Shown here piece after piece: positions 1 through 9,436 of a stretch of 15,748 nt of DNA (position 1 is its first letter; every line of letters begins with the position of its first letter). The position numbers and the translations under genes are program-made. The notes beneath the pieces were generated by a model. That model ran no database searches. It had not been told where the DNA came from and was given only the letters and a program-made list of their open reading frames with translations. This DNA is from a virus (Duplodnaviria > Heunggongvirae > Uroviricota > Caudoviricetes). Location of the stretch: the IMG/VR virus record IMGVR_UViG_2651869748_000011. The stretch is one strand, 5' to 3'.

Positions 1-246
1 TCAGTATTTCCCCGATACCTTGTGTGCAAATTGCATCAGATAGTTGATAGCCTTTTGTTTGTCGTTCTGGCTGAGTTCGTGCTTACCACAGAATACAGCC
101 ATTCCGAATCCGGCTTGTGATTGCGCCATCCCCATAGCAGCCATCACATCAGTACCGGAAAGAGAGTCAGAAGCCGTAGCCCGTGGTGAGTCGCTCATCA
201 TCGGGCTTTTTGGCGAATGAAATTTAGCTACGCTTTCGAGTCTCAT
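1..246 (-). CDS. Q: Late antiterminator Q, N-terminal fragment only (81 codons, then in-frame TGA at 1-3); likely inactivated
   Basis: The translation [44 protein letters not shown]...[10 protein letters not shown] matches my memory of the lambda Q N-terminus. Lambda Q is about 207 aa. The ATGA overlap with the upstream phosphatase stop matches lambda. The stop codon sits at the window edge. Confidence 0.8.
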   Translation of the reverse strand: MRLESVAKFHSPKSPMMSDSPRATASDSLSGTDVMAAMGMAQSQAGFGMAVFCGKHELSQNDKQKAINYLMQFAHKVSGKY

Positions 247-908
247 GCGCCTTCTCCCTGTACCTGAATCAATGTGAGGTTTCCGCAGAACACTGCGCCG
301 GTATCGATATACATCTGGTTGGCAAACTTGAGTGGTTTCACTGCTGGCGTATGACCAAAGATGAACGTGTCCGCACCTTTGATTTCTTTCACGATCCCGT
401 CTTGTGAGTTGCTGATTCGTTCGCGGTTCCAGATTACCTGCTGATGATCAACTGGTTTTCCAAACTCGTATTCGTCACAAGGATAATCGGCGTGGCAGAT
501 GACATATTTTTTATCTTTGCTCACCAGTTCGATGATTAACGGAAGTTCATCTGCTTTATGGGCAAGAGCTTTAGCCAGAATTTCTTTGTCGTAATCGAGA
601 TTAAAGAACCATCCACCGCCATTAAGCAGCCAGTGATTAACGTTTCCACGCTCTGATAAGCCATCAATCATCATTTGCTCATGGTTTCCACGTACAGCTC
701 TGAACCAGGGGAATGTGATTAATTCCAGGCATTCGACGTTCTCTGCACCACGATCAACCAAATCGCCCACCGAGATAAGCAGGTCTTTTTTGTTGTCGAA
801 TCCAATCGTATCCAGTTTGTTCATCAGGTTCGTGTAGCATCCGTGCAGATCGCCAACTACCCAAATATTTCGGTATTTGCTGCCATCAATTTTTTCGTAA
901 TAGCGCAT
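243..908 (-). CDS. ninI: Ser/Thr protein phosphatase (lambda PPase, NinI)
   Basis: From the internal Met, the sequence [25 protein letters not shown]...GDLVDRG...GNHE...GHTP carries the calcineurin-like metallophosphatase motifs (GDxHG, GDxVDRG, GNHE). It is near-identical to lambda phosphatase (221 aa). The ORF-track start at 983 is an upstream extension. Confidence 0.95.
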   Translation of the reverse strand: MRYYEKIDGSKYRNIWVVGDLHGCYTNLMNKLDTIGFDNKKDLLISVGDLVDRGAENVECLELITFPWFRAVRGNHEQMMIDGLSERGNVNHWLLNGGGWFFNLDYDKEILAKALAHKADELPLIIELVSKDKKYVICHADYPCDEYEFGKPVDHQQVIWNRERISNSQDGIVKEIKGADTFIFGHTPAVKPLKFANQMYIDTGAVFCGNLTLIQVQGEGA

Positions 909-1092
909 CTCTTTCACTCCATCCGCGATGAACCATAAGAACATCGTTGACGATGGCGTGCATTTTCCCGTCTTTATCATCAACGTATTTTCTGACCGTA
1001 CCGCGACTACATTTCAGTCTGCGTGCTACTTCTGTCTGGTTTCCGTATGCTTCAACGAGCATGTCTGGAATGGTTTTTACTGAGAACGTCAT
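886..1092 (-). CDS. ninH: NinH protein
   Basis: The 68-aa translation [37 protein letters not shown]... matches lambda NinH, which has an HTH-like segment. It sits between ninG and the phosphatase, as in lambda. Confidence 0.9.
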   Translation of the reverse strand: MTFSVKTIPDMLVEAYGNQTEVARRLKCSRGTVRKYVDDKDGKMHAIVNDVLMVHRGWSERDALLRKN

Positions 1093-1700
1093 GCGGCCTC
1101 ACTTCTGCTATTTCGCAGGTCTTTGAGTTTCTGTTGGTACTCTGCCTTGATCGCCTTGCACTCTTCGACAGTCCAGCGATGGCGGCTATGGTTTGATTCG
1201 ATTTCGTCTACTGCTTCCTGCCCGATGCGGTTAATCAGTTCGACGCGATACGGAACGAGATTTCCGCTTTTGTGCTGGTTGCACACCACGCATTGCTTGT
1301 GAATATTGCGTTCATCAAATCGGAGTTGAGGTGCCGCAGCAGTTGTCCGGTAATGTCCGGCATCCCACTGAGCAGACGTGAGCGTTCCGCACGAGATACA
1401 TGGTAAGTCGCGGTCTCTTTCTCTGATGAAGGCGTTTACAGCTTGTTGGGCTTGTTTAATCCAGTAACTGCGGGGCTTTAAGGCGAGTTTTCGAATCTTC
1501 AGTTTATCTTTCTGTTTCTGCTCCTCTCGTCGTCGTTTCTTCTCTGCTGCTTTTTCCGCTTTTTCGCGTTCTTTGCTTCGTCGTTCCAGTGCTATCTTTG
1601 TTCCACACTCTGGAGAGCACCACCACTGATTAGCGAATGCAGGGTGAAACCATTCCCGACATTCTTCGTTTTTACATCGTCTTCGCGCTTGTTTAGCCAT
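1089..1700 (-). CDS. ninG: NinG / Rap recombination endonuclease
   Basis: The 203-aa translation [33 protein letters not shown]...[11 protein letters not shown]... is near-identical to lambda NinG (Rap). Its start overlaps the upstream stop (TAATG). Confidence 0.95.
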   Translation of the reverse strand: MAKQARRRCKNEECREWFHPAFANQWWCSPECGTKIALERRSKEREKAEKAAEKKRRREEQKQKDKLKIRKLALKPRSYWIKQAQQAVNAFIRERDRDLPCISCGTLTSAQWDAGHYRTTAAAPQLRFDERNIHKQCVVCNQHKSGNLVPYRVELINRIGQEAVDEIESNHSRHRWTVEECKAIKAEYQQKLKDLRNSRSEAA

Positions 1701-1969
1701 TATGGTTCGCTCCAGTAATTCTCAATTGCAGCAGCCATTCTCTGCATCCACTCTGCCAGCTTTAACGCGGCTTCTCTTTCAGAACCACATTTAGGGAAAT
1801 CCTTCATTTCCATGCTGGCCTTATATGTTCTGAATGCCAGGTCTCCGGTAATAACCAGCTCCTGATCAAGCACCGAGCGTTTATTCCGGTGTTGAACGTA
1901 ATAGACAGATTCAGTCCGCATTTCTTCTCTGTCTTTTTTGAAGGAAATAAGCTCAGAGAAATCACTCAT
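1700..1969 (-). CDS. Hypothetical nin-region protein (89 aa), not present in lambda
   Basis: This is an intact ORF. It is translationally coupled on both sides: its ATG overlaps the ninF stop, and its stop overlaps the ninG ATG. I recognise no family. Confidence 0.6.
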   Translation of the reverse strand: MSDFSELISFKKDREEMRTESVYYVQHRNKRSVLDQELVITGDLAFRTYKASMEMKDFPKCGSEREAALKLAEWMQRMAAAIENYWSEP

Positions 1970-2138
1970 CGTCTTCTTCCTCGTACATTGAGCTATTCGG
2001 ATCGCTCATCAGTTCTGCGCAGCAGTGCTCACACACATGAACTTCCAGCACATGCAGCTTCTGACCGCAGTTAGCGCACGTTAAAGCCCGCTCGACGCTT
2101 TCTTTCTGGTATTGAAGAGATTGGGATGGGCTAAGCAT
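1962..2138 (-). CDS. ninF: NinF-like small zinc-ribbon protein (58 aa); below the ORF-track size cut-off
   Basis: Manual translation of the minus strand gives [58 protein letters not shown]. From ESVERALTCANCGQKLHVLEVHVCEHCCAELMSDPNSSM onward it matches lambda NinF, with CxxC...CxxC. Its start overlaps the upstream stop. Confidence 0.8.
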   Translation of the reverse strand: MLSPSQSLQYQKESVERALTCANCGQKLHVLEVHVCEHCCAELMSDPNSSMYEEEDDE

Positions 2139-2490
2139 TATTGGCGTCCTGCATCATGAGAAAGACAATCATGGCGGCGCGGAGGGAATTTTCATGTATA
2201 GCTAGCTTAGATTTACAGTCGGCCACACCACGTGCACCCCACTCGTCTTCATCGAGATTGATGATGCTAATCCTGTACTTCTCAATAATCGGCCATGAGG
2301 CGCTAGGATCATTGCAGTAGTCAGGCAAAGGGTTTAATGGCTCAAAAGTTGTATCAGCATTTCCGTAATACCATTTGTTGGTGTTATTCCCTGATGTTTC
2401 CGGTTTACATGCCCAAAGGCCTTTAAAAATTATGTCTCCTACCATTCTGTTAATTTCAAAATCACTTAACTGTGAATAATCCATTGTCAT
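2131..2490 (-). CDS. NinX-like phage protein (DUF2591-type), nin-region accessory gene
   Basis: The translation [18 protein letters not shown]...[29 protein letters not shown] resembles NinX/DUF2591 proteins of P22-like and lambdoid phages, from memory. The ATG at 2490 forms an ATGA overlap with the ninE stop. An alternative ATG lies at 2484. Confidence 0.6.
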   Translation of the reverse strand: MTMDYSQLSDFEINRMVGDIIFKGLWACKPETSGNNTNKWYYGNADTTFEPLNPLPDYCNDPSASWPIIEKYRISIINLDEDEWGARGVADCKSKLAIHENSLRAAMIVFLMMQDANNA

Positions 2491-2663
2491 TTCCTCGCAC
2501 GATGTCTTAGCCACCGGATATCCCACAGGTGAGCCGTGTAATTGAAGGTTTTTACGTCAGATTCTTTTGGGATTGGCTTGCGTTTATTTCTGGAGCGTTT
2601 CGTTGGAAGGTATTTGCAGTTTTCGCAGATGATGTCGGTGATACTTCGTCGCTGTCGTCTCAT
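2487..2663 (-). CDS. ninE: NinE protein
   Basis: The internal start gives [58 protein letters not shown] (58 aa), matching lambda NinE. It has an ATGA overlap with the methyltransferase stop. Confidence 0.85.
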   Translation of the reverse strand: MRRQRRSITDIICENCKYLPTKRSRNKRKPIPKESDVKTFNYTAHLWDIRWLRHRARK

Positions 2664-3187
2664 GCCGCCCTCCTGACGCCCTGCCCGATCGCCATCAATG
2701 CCGCTTTGGATACGGTAGTAAACATCCGTCGAGGACTGATGAACGGTCGCCAAATCAGCAGCATGGAACCTTTGCTGTTTCCCTTCTTCTCCAGCCCTGT
2801 CGATGGTTCGATAAAATTAATCCGTCCATCAGTGATAATACGAACTTCGTCAACACTCTCCAGAGCCTTGCTGAACCATCCGACAGACATATCCTCTGGC
2901 ACAAGCATCACTACCGTCTGTCGCTGTTGTATGCACTGCTCAGCGGCTTTTTCCACCCACGGCCTGATATTGCTGTACGGTGGGTTATTCCAGATTGCAC
3001 CGTGGCTTACCCACTCAGAATTGAGCGCGTCGTCGGCCTCAGTTAACCAGTGAGCGCACAGAGCATTTTTGTCGCTCGCTGCCGAATCCAGCCAGAATCC
3101 AAACTCAATATCCAGTGCATCAAAAAGCCAAAGCGGCGTTTGCCAGCAGTCCTTGTCGTGTGCTGGCGTATTTGATTTGATAGTCAT
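2660..3187 (-). CDS. Phage DNA N6-adenine methyltransferase (Dam-like, phage N-6-MTase family)
   Basis: The translation [37 protein letters not shown]...NPPY contains the DPPY/NPPY catalytic motif and the CWQTP motif typical of the phage Dam family. It has an ATGA overlap with the ninB stop and occupies the lambda ninC/D position. Confidence 0.85.
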   Translation of the reverse strand: MTIKSNTPAHDKDCWQTPLWLFDALDIEFGFWLDSAASDKNALCAHWLTEADDALNSEWVSHGAIWNNPPYSNIRPWVEKAAEQCIQQRQTVVMLVPEDMSVGWFSKALESVDEVRIITDGRINFIEPSTGLEKKGNSKGSMLLIWRPFISPRRMFTTVSKAALMAIGQGVRRAA

Positions 3188-3624
3188 GCAGCCCGATCTC
3201 CCCATCTCGCTTTCCACTCCAGAGCCAGTCTCGCTTCGTCTGACCACTTAACGCCACGCTCTGTACCGAATGCCTGTATAAGCTCTAATAGCTCCGCAAA
3301 TTCGCCTACACGCATCCTGCTGGTTGACTGGCCTATTACCACAAAGCCATTCCCGGCAAGGTTAGGAACAACATCCTGCTGCTTTAATGCTGCGGTAAAC
3401 ACACACTTCCAGCTTTCTGCATCCAGCCAGCGACCATGCCATTCAACCTGACGAGAGACGTCACCTAAGCAGGCCCATAGCTTCCTATTTTGGTCTAAGC
3501 TGCGGTTGCGTTCCTGAATGGTTACTACGATTGGTTTGGTTGGGTCTGGAAGGATTTGCTGTACTGCGTGAATAGCGTTTTGCTGATGTGCTGGAGATCG
3601 AATTTCAAAGGTTAGTTTTTTCAT
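3184..3624 (-). CDS. ninB: NinB (Orf) recombination mediator
   Basis: From the internal Met, MKKLTFEIRSPAHQQNAIHAVQQILPDPTKPIVVTIQERNRSLDQNRKLWA... (146 aa) matches lambda NinB. Confidence 0.95.
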   Translation of the reverse strand: MKKLTFEIRSPAHQQNAIHAVQQILPDPTKPIVVTIQERNRSLDQNRKLWACLGDVSRQVEWHGRWLDAESWKCVFTAALKQQDVVPNLAGNGFVVIGQSTSRMRVGEFAELLELIQAFGTERGVKWSDEARLALEWKARWGDRAA

Positions 3625-3640
3625 GACTTCCCTCTCCCCC

Positions 3641-3672
3641 AAATAAAAAGGCCTGCGATTACCAGCAGGCCT
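3641..3672 (-). terminator. Intrinsic terminator tR2 between ren and ninB
   Basis: The minus strand reads AGGCCTGCtggtaatcGCAGGCCT followed by TTTTTATTT, an 8-bp GC-rich stem plus a U-tract. It has the same sequence and position as lambda tR2. Confidence 0.8.
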
Positions 3673-3697
3673 GTTATTAGCTCAGTAATGTAGATGG

Positions 3698-3988
3698 TCA
3701 TCTTTTAACTCCATATACCGCCAATACCCGTTTCATCGCGGCACTCTGGCGACACTCCTTAAAAATCAGGTTCGTGCTCATCTTTCCTTCCCGTTCTTCC
3801 CTGGTAGCAAACCGGTAATACACCGTTCGCCAGACCTTACCTTCGATAACCAGAAGACCTGCCCGTGCCATTTTAGCCGCGGCCTGATTTATGCTGGTTA
3901 CTGTTGCGCCTGTTAGCGCGGCAACGTCCGGCGCACAGAAGCTATTATGCGTCCCCAGGTAATGAATAATTGCCTCTTTGCCCGTCAT
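3698..3988 (-). CDS. ren: Ren protein (Rex exclusion escape)
   Basis: The 96-aa translation MTGKEAIIHYLGTHNSFCAPDVAALTGATVTSINQAAAKMARAGLLVIEGK... matches lambda Ren. It has an ATGA overlap with the P stop. Confidence 0.95.
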   Translation of the reverse strand: MTGKEAIIHYLGTHNSFCAPDVAALTGATVTSINQAAAKMARAGLLVIEGKVWRTVYYRFATREEREGKMSTNLIFKECRQSAAMKRVLAVYGVKR

Positions 3989-4686
3989 ACACTTGCTCCT
4001 TTCAGTCCGAACTTAGCTTTAATTTCTGCGATCTTCGCCAGAGCCTGTGCACGATTTAGAGGTCTACCGCCCATAACAGGAAGTTGTTTTACTGGTTCAG
4101 GTATCGTCTCACCACGGTTAATTCGCGCTGTCATACAGGTCAGTTCATCGGCAGCCTTGCGCCGTAATTCCGCATCAGTAAGCGCATTGGCCCGCATGTT
4201 CTGATACAGGTTGGTAACCAGCCAGTAGTGCGCGTTTGATTTCCACGGATAAGACTCCGCATCCGGATACAGGCCTCGCTTCCGGCAATACTCGTAAACC
4301 ATATCAACCAGCTCGCTGACGTTTGGCAGTCCGGCGATAACGGATGCTTCTTCCCGGCACCATGCAACAAACTGCCCGGGTGATGGCAGAAATGGTCGAT
4401 TCTGCCGACGGGCTACGCGCATTCCTGCGTTAACCTGTTCCATCGTGGTGATCCCGTTTTCCCGAAAAGCCAGAACCCACTGGCGACGGATTTCGTTCAC
4501 TTCGTTCTGGTCACGGTTAGCCAGGCTCGCCGGGAAAGTTGCCAGTAACTGGCTGAACACACCGTTGATGATCTGCGCTACCTGCTGTACCTGCGGCTTT
4601 TCGTCGTACTGTTCCGGCATGTTGTTGGCGATCCGACGCATCTGCTCACGGTCAAAGTTAACCATCTGTGCGGCGATGTTTTTCAT
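3985..4686 (-). CDS. P: Replication protein P (DnaB helicase loader)
   Basis: The 233-aa translation MKNIAAQMVNFDREQMRRIANNMPEQYDEKPQVQQVAQIINGVF... matches lambda P. Confidence 0.97.
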   Translation of the reverse strand: MKNIAAQMVNFDREQMRRIANNMPEQYDEKPQVQQVAQIINGVFSQLLATFPASLANRDQNEVNEIRRQWVLAFRENGITTMEQVNAGMRVARRQNRPFLPSPGQFVAWCREEASVIAGLPNVSELVDMVYEYCRKRGLYPDAESYPWKSNAHYWLVTNLYQNMRANALTDAELRRKAADELTCMTARINRGETIPEPVKQLPVMGGRPLNRAQALAKIAEIKAKFGLKGASV

Positions 4687-5582
4687 AGATCCACCCCGTA
4701 AATCCAGTCTGTGTTTGTCAGGTCGAGTTTTGGTTTGCTGGCTGTCACGACTGCCTGTTGCTTGTTACGGTTGATTTCGAGCTGGGTCCACTTGTCGCGG
4801 AGTTTGGCCGGACTAAGCACGTTACCGGACCAGAAGTTGTCCTGGCATGCCCAGCGGAACAGCACGCACATGTCGCGGTGGTTACGTCCGTCACGTTCAC
4901 GCATCAGGCGGATATCGTTAGCCCACCCTGCAAAATTCGGTTTTCTGGCTGATGGCGCGATGGTCTTCACCATGTCAAACATCCACTCTGCGGCGGTCAG
5001 GTCTTCTGCTGTCCCCCACTTGCTGCCGCTCTGAATTGCAGCATCCGGTTTCACCACAGAAAGATCGTTTTCTGGCTGGTCAGAGGATTCGCCAGAATTC
5101 TCTGACGAATAATCTTTTCTTTTTTCTTTTGTAATAGTGTCTTTTGTGTCCCTCTGTTTTGAGGGATAGCAATCCCCCAATTTGAGGGATGTTTTATCCC
5201 TCGTTTTAGGGGATTTTCCCTCGTTTTGAGGGATACACCATTCTGAGATGTTTTTATTTGGTCCAAACATGCCGCCTTGCTGCTTGATAATATTCATTCT
5301 GACGAGTTCTAACTTGGCTTCATTGCACCGTTTGACGGGTAACTTTGTAATCTCGCTAAGTTGAGAATCGGTGACTCTGTCCATTGGTTTATTCCACCCA
5401 TAGGTTTTACGCAGAATGGCAAGCAGCACTTTAAACTGTCGCTTGGTCAGATCTGCGCCCGAATAAGCCTCAAGCAGCATATTTGATAGTCTGGCGTAAC
5501 CATCATCGAGATCTGCCACATTACGCTCCTGTCCGGCAAAGTTACCTCTGCCGAAGTTGAGTATTTTTGCTGTATTTGTCAT
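4683..5582 (-). CDS. O: Replication initiator O
   Basis: The 299-aa translation MTNTAKILNFGRGNFAGQERNVADLDDGYARLSNMLLEAYSGADLTKRQFKVLLAILRKTYGWNKPMDR... matches lambda O. The gene contains the ori iterons. Confidence 0.97.
   Translation of the reverse strand: MTNTAKILNFGRGNFAGQERNVADLDDGYARLSNMLLEAYSGADLTKRQFKVLLAILRKTYGWNKPMDRVTDSQLSEITKLPVKRCNEAKLELVRMNIIKQQGGMFGPNKNISEWCIPQNEGKSPKTRDKTSLKLGDCYPSKQRDTKDTITKEKRKDYSSENSGESSDQPENDLSVVKPDAAIQSGSKWGTAEDLTAAEWMFDMVKTIAPSARKPNFAGWANDIRLMRERDGRNHRDMCVLFRWACQDNFWSGNVLSPAKLRDKWTQLEINRNKQQAVVTASKPKLDLTNTDWIYGVDL
5105..5234. repeat. Lambda-type replication origin inside O: four O-binding iterons (5149-5233) plus an adjacent AT-rich unwinding region (5105-5147)
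   Basis: Four internally palindromic repeats of about 18 bp are present: tccctctgttttgaggga, atcccccaatttgagggat, atccctcgttttaggggat and tccctcgttttgaggga. They are flanked by aataatcttttcttttttcttttgtaatagtgtctttt. Confidence 0.9.
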
Positions 5583-5592
5583 AATGACTCCT

Positions 5593-5669
5593 GTTGATAG
5601 ATCCAGTAATGACCTCAGAACTCCATCTGGATTTGTTCAGAACGCTCGGTTGCCGCCGGGCGTTTTTTA
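5593..5669 (+). ncRNA. oop: oop antisense RNA (overlaps the 3' end of cII)
   Basis: The sequence GTTGATAGATCCAGTAATGACCTCAGAACTCCATCTGGATTTGTTCAGAACGCTCGGTTGCCGCCGGGCGTTTTTTA matches the 77-nt lambda oop RNA with its terminator hairpin. The upstream Po elements are TTGCTG..CATAAT. Confidence 0.85.
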
Positions 5670-5908
5670 TTGGTGAGAATCGCAGCAACTTGTCGCGCCA
5701 ATCGAGCCATGTCGTCGTCAACGACCCCCCATTCAAGAACAGCAAGCAGCATTGAGAACTTTGGAATCCAGTCCCTCTTCCACCTGCTGATCTGCGACTT
5801 ATCAACGCCCACAGCTTCCGCTGTCTTCTCAGTTCCAAGCATTGCGATTTTGTTAAGCAACGCACTCTCGATTCGTAGAGCCTCGTTGCGTTTGTTTGCA
5901 CGAACCAT
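5615..5908 (-). CDS. cII: Transcriptional activator cII
   Basis: From the internal Met, MVRANKRNEALRIESALLNKIAMLGTEKTAEAVGVDKSQISRWKRDWIPKFSMLLAVLEWGVVDDDMARLARQVAAILTNKKRPAATERSEQIQMEF (97 aa) matches lambda cII. The ORF-track start at 5968 is an extension. Confidence 0.97.
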   Translation of the reverse strand: MVRANKRNEALRIESALLNKIAMLGTEKTAEAVGVDKSQISRWKRDWIPKFSMLLAVLEWGVVDDDMARLARQVAAILTNKKRPAATERSEQIQMEF

Positions 5909-5918
5909 ATGTAAGTAT
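5886..5918 (+). promoter_or_regulatory. PRE promoter with cII-binding TTGC-N6-TTGC repeat
   Basis: The sequence ttgcgtttgtttgc at 5886-5899 is followed by a -10-like aagtat. The arrangement and location over the cII start match lambda PRE. Confidence 0.7.
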
Positions 5919-5987
5919 TTCCTTAGATAACAATTGATTGAATGTATGCAAATAAATGCATACACCATAGGTGTGGTTTAATTTGAT

Positions 5988-6019
5988 GCCCTTTTTCAGG
6001 GCTGGGATGTGTAAGAGCG
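5988..6019 (-). promoter_or_regulatory. nutR (boxA CGCTCTTA plus boxB hairpin); the tR1 region follows downstream
   Basis: The minus strand reads CGCTCTTACACATCCCAGCCCTGAAAAAGGGC. boxB is GCCCTGAAAAAGGGC at 5988-6002 and boxA is at 6012-6019. The site lies between cro and cII as in lambda. Confidence 0.85.
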
Positions 6020-6027
6020 GGAATATC

Positions 6028-7383
<1,356 letters not shown>

Positions 7384-7433
7384 TCCCCACCTCAATCTCG
7401 ATAACCAAAAAACAAACTATTTTCCGTTTAAAA

Positions 7434-7507
7434 ACAATGGAGTTTGTTTTTCATGCCCCTTTTTTACAATATTTCTTGTTTACAACATACAATCTTTCTT
7501 GTAATTT
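7434..7507 (+). promoter_or_regulatory. 434 left operator (three ACAA-N6-TTGT sites at 7434-7447, 7466-7479 and 7489-7502) and the PL promoter
   Basis: The sites are acaatggagtttgt, acaatatttcttgt and acaatctttcttgt. A sigma70 promoter overlaps them: TTTACA (7479-7484), a 17-nt spacer, then TAATTT (7502-7507), reading towards N. Confidence 0.8.
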
Positions 7508-7547
7508 TAAGCCATCAGCAGGACGCACTGACCACCATTGAAGGTGA

Positions 7548-7578
7548 TGCTCTTAAAAATTAAGCCCTGAAGAAGGGC
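7548..7578 (+). promoter_or_regulatory. nutL (boxA-like TGCTCTTAA plus boxB GCCCTGAAGAAGGGC)
   Basis: The sequence tgctcttaaaaattaaGCCCTGAAGAAGGGC is as in lambda nutL, with one mismatch in boxA. It lies between PL and N. Confidence 0.85.
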
Positions 7579-7736
7579 AGCATTCAAAGCAGAAGGCTTT
7601 GGGGTGTGTGATACGAAACGAAGCATTGGCCGGAAGTGCGAATCCGGATTAGCTGCAAATGAGCCAATCGTGGGGTGTTTTCGTTCAGGACTACGACTCA
7701 CACACACCACCAAAGCTAACTGACAAGAGAATCCAG

Positions 7737-8060
7737 ATGGATGCACAAACACGCCGCCGCGAACGTCGCGCAGAGAAACAGGCTCAATGGAAAGTAGCAA
7801 ATCCCCTGTTGGTTGGGGTAAGCGCAAAACCAGTTAACCGCCCTATTCTCTCGCTGAATCGCAAACCGAAATCACGAGTAGAAAGCGCACTGAATCCGAT
7901 AGACCTTACAGTGCTGGCTGAATACCACGAACAGATTGAAAGCAACCTGCAACGTATTGAGCGCAAGAATCAGCGCACATGGTACAGCAAGCCTGGCGAA
8001 CGCGGCATAACATGCAGTGGACGCCAGAAAATTAAGGGAAAATCGATTCCTCTTACCTAG
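7737..8060 (+). CDS. N: Antitermination protein N
   Basis: From the internal Met, MDAQTRRRERRAEKQAQWKVANPLLVGVSAKPVNRPILSLNRKPKSRVESALNPIDLTVLAEYHEQIESNLQRIERKNQRTWYSKPGERGITCSGRQKIKGKSIPLT (107 aa) has the arginine-rich motif. It is about 97% identical to lambda N, from memory. Confidence 0.95.
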   Translation: MDAQTRRRERRAEKQAQWKVANPLLVGVSAKPVNRPILSLNRKPKSRVESALNPIDLTVLAEYHEQIESNLQRIERKNQRTWYSKPGERGITCSGRQKIKGKSIPLT

Positions 8061-8615
8061 TTACTTAGATATTGGCCTTGGCTTTATCTCAATATTATAT
8101 GGATCATAGCTGGCAACTAATTCAGTCCAGTAAATATCCTCAATAGGGAATAATATATGCTTCCCGTTCCATCGGGAAAAAGTTTTGTTCAACACACCAA
8201 GCTCAATCAACTCACTAATGTATGGGAATTGTTTTGATGTAACCACATACTTCCTGCCTTCATTAAGGGCTGCGCACAAAACCATAGATTGCTCTTCTGT
8301 AAGGTTTTGAATTACCGATCGCACTTTATCGTTTTGCATCTTAATGCGTTTTCTTAGCTTAAATCGCTTATATTTGGCGCTGGCAATAGCTGATAATCGA
8401 TGCACATTAATTGCTAGCGAAAATGCAAGAGCAAAGACGAAAACATGCCACACATGAGGAATACCGATTCTCTCATTAACATATTCAGGCCAGTTATCTG
8501 GGCTTAAAAGCAGAAGTCCAACCCAGATAACGATCATATACATGGTTCTCTCCAGAGGTTCATTACTGAACACTCGTCCGAGAATAACGAGTGGATCCAT
8601 TTCTATACTCATCAA
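8061..8615 (-). CDS. sieB: Superinfection exclusion protein B (SieB), membrane protein
   Basis: The 184-aa ORF runs antisense to the PL operon between N and ral, as lambda sieB does. It has two hydrophobic helices (MYMIVIWVGLLLLS, VWHVFVFALAFSLAINV). The sequence matches my memory of lambda SieB. The true start may be the second Met (8612). Confidence 0.75.
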   Translation of the reverse strand: MMSIEMDPLVILGRVFSNEPLERTMYMIVIWVGLLLLSPDNWPEYVNERIGIPHVWHVFVFALAFSLAINVHRLSAIASAKYKRFKLRKRIKMQNDKVRSVIQNLTEEQSMVLCAALNEGRKYVVTSKQFPYISELIELGVLNKTFSRWNGKHILFPIEDIYWTELVASYDPYNIEIKPRPISK

Positions 8616-8739
8616 ACTGTAGGGGTTGTAATAGTTTATCCGATTTCTCGCTGTAGGGGTACACGAGAACCACCGAGCCTGATGTGGTTAAAAGACAGGC
8701 ACAATCTTTACTACCGCAATCCACTATTTAAGGTGATAT

Positions 8740-8826
8740 ATGGAAGAAGAATTTGAAGAGTTCGAAGAGCATCCGCAGGATGTAATGGAACAGTACCAGG
8801 ACTATCCGTATGACTACGACTATTGA
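8740..8826 (+). CDS. Small acidic protein (28 aa), lambda orf28-like
   Basis: Manual translation gives MEEEFEEFEEHPQDVMEQYQDYPYDYDY*, preceded by AAGGTGA. It overlaps the ral start. It is too short for the ORF track. Confidence 0.5.
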   Translation: MEEEFEEFEEHPQDVMEQYQDYPYDYDY

Positions 8827-8989
8827 TAAGAATCAATGGTGTGGACAATTCAAGCGATGCAATGGATGCAAGCTGCAATCGGAATGCATGGTTAAGCCTG
8901 AAGAAATGTTTCCTGTAATAGAAGATGGGAAATATGTCGATAAATGGGCAATACGAACGACGGCAATGATTGCCAGAGAACTTGGTTAA
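8810..8989 (+). CDS. ral: Ral (restriction alleviation), shortened by a premature TAA (59 aa versus 66 aa)
   Basis: Manual translation gives MTTTIDKNQWCGQFKRCNGCKLQSECMVKPEEMFPVIEDGKYVDKWAIRTTAMIARELG*. After the TAA the same frame continues QNNKAA*, which is the lambda Ral C-terminus. Confidence 0.8.
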   Translation: MTTTIDKNQWCGQFKRCNGCKLQSECMVKPEEMFPVIEDGKYVDKWAIRTTAMIARELG

Positions 8990-9109
8990 CAGAACAACAA
9001 AGCTGCCTGATAGTGGCCTTTATTTTTGGCATAAATAACAGAATAAACACTGCACTGAACCGCCCCGGGAATCCTGGAGACTAAACTCCCTGAGAAAGAG
9101 GTAAACAGG

Positions 9110-9436
9110 ATGACTAAAAATACTCGTTTTTCCCCTGAAGTCCGTCAACGGGCAGCCCGTATGGTTCTGGAAAGTCAGGGCGAATATGACTCACAATGGG
9201 CGACAATTTGTTCCATTGCTCCAAAGATTGGCTGTACGCCGGAGACTCTGCGTGTCTGGGTTCGCCAGCATGAGCGGGATACCGGGGGCGGTGATGGAGG
9301 GCTCACCACCGCTGAACGTCAGCGTCTGAAAGAGCTGGAGCGTGAAAATCGTGAACTGCGCCGCAGTAACGATATCCTTCGCCAGGCTTCCGCTTATTTT
9401 GCGAAGGCGGAGTTCGACCGCCTCTGGAAAAAATAA
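9110..9436 (+). CDS. IS629-like transposase OrfA (HTH, leucine-zipper region)
   Basis: The 108-aa translation is [57 protein letters not shown]...[34 protein letters not shown]. It ends in TGG AAA AAA TAA; the A6 run is the candidate -1 frameshift site. Confidence 0.95.
   Translation: MTKNTRFSPEVRQRAARMVLESQGEYDSQWATICSIAPKIGCTPETLRVWVRQHERDTGGGDGGLTTAERQRLKELERENRELRRSNDILRQASAYFAKAEFDRLWKK

Noticed and set aside
2529-3053. Long plus-strand ORFs antisense to the lambda-like genes. Examples: 2529-3053, 3947-4204, 4445-4774, 4711-5034, 5670-5930, and minus-strand 7507-7827, 7784-7966, 9191-9511 and 10363-10629.
   Set aside because: They lie entirely opposite well-recognised genes (Dam MTase, P, O, cII, N, IS629 orfA). 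They lack RBSs and have low-complexity Ser/Arg/Leu-rich translations typical of shadow ORFs.
5615-5968. N-terminal extensions in the ORF track for the phosphatase (983), NinE (2753), MTase (3247), NinB (3642), cII (5968), cro (6378), the secreted ORF (6907) and N (7659).
   Set aside because: The known protein sequences start at internal Met codons with RBS or ATGA coupling. The extensions run through operators, nut sites or upstream genes.
8620-8665. A repeated CTGTAGGGG motif (two copies) upstream of sieB.
   Set aside because: It is short (9 nt), lies in a region that corresponds to the lambda sieB promoter/leader, and has no independent support for a distinct function.
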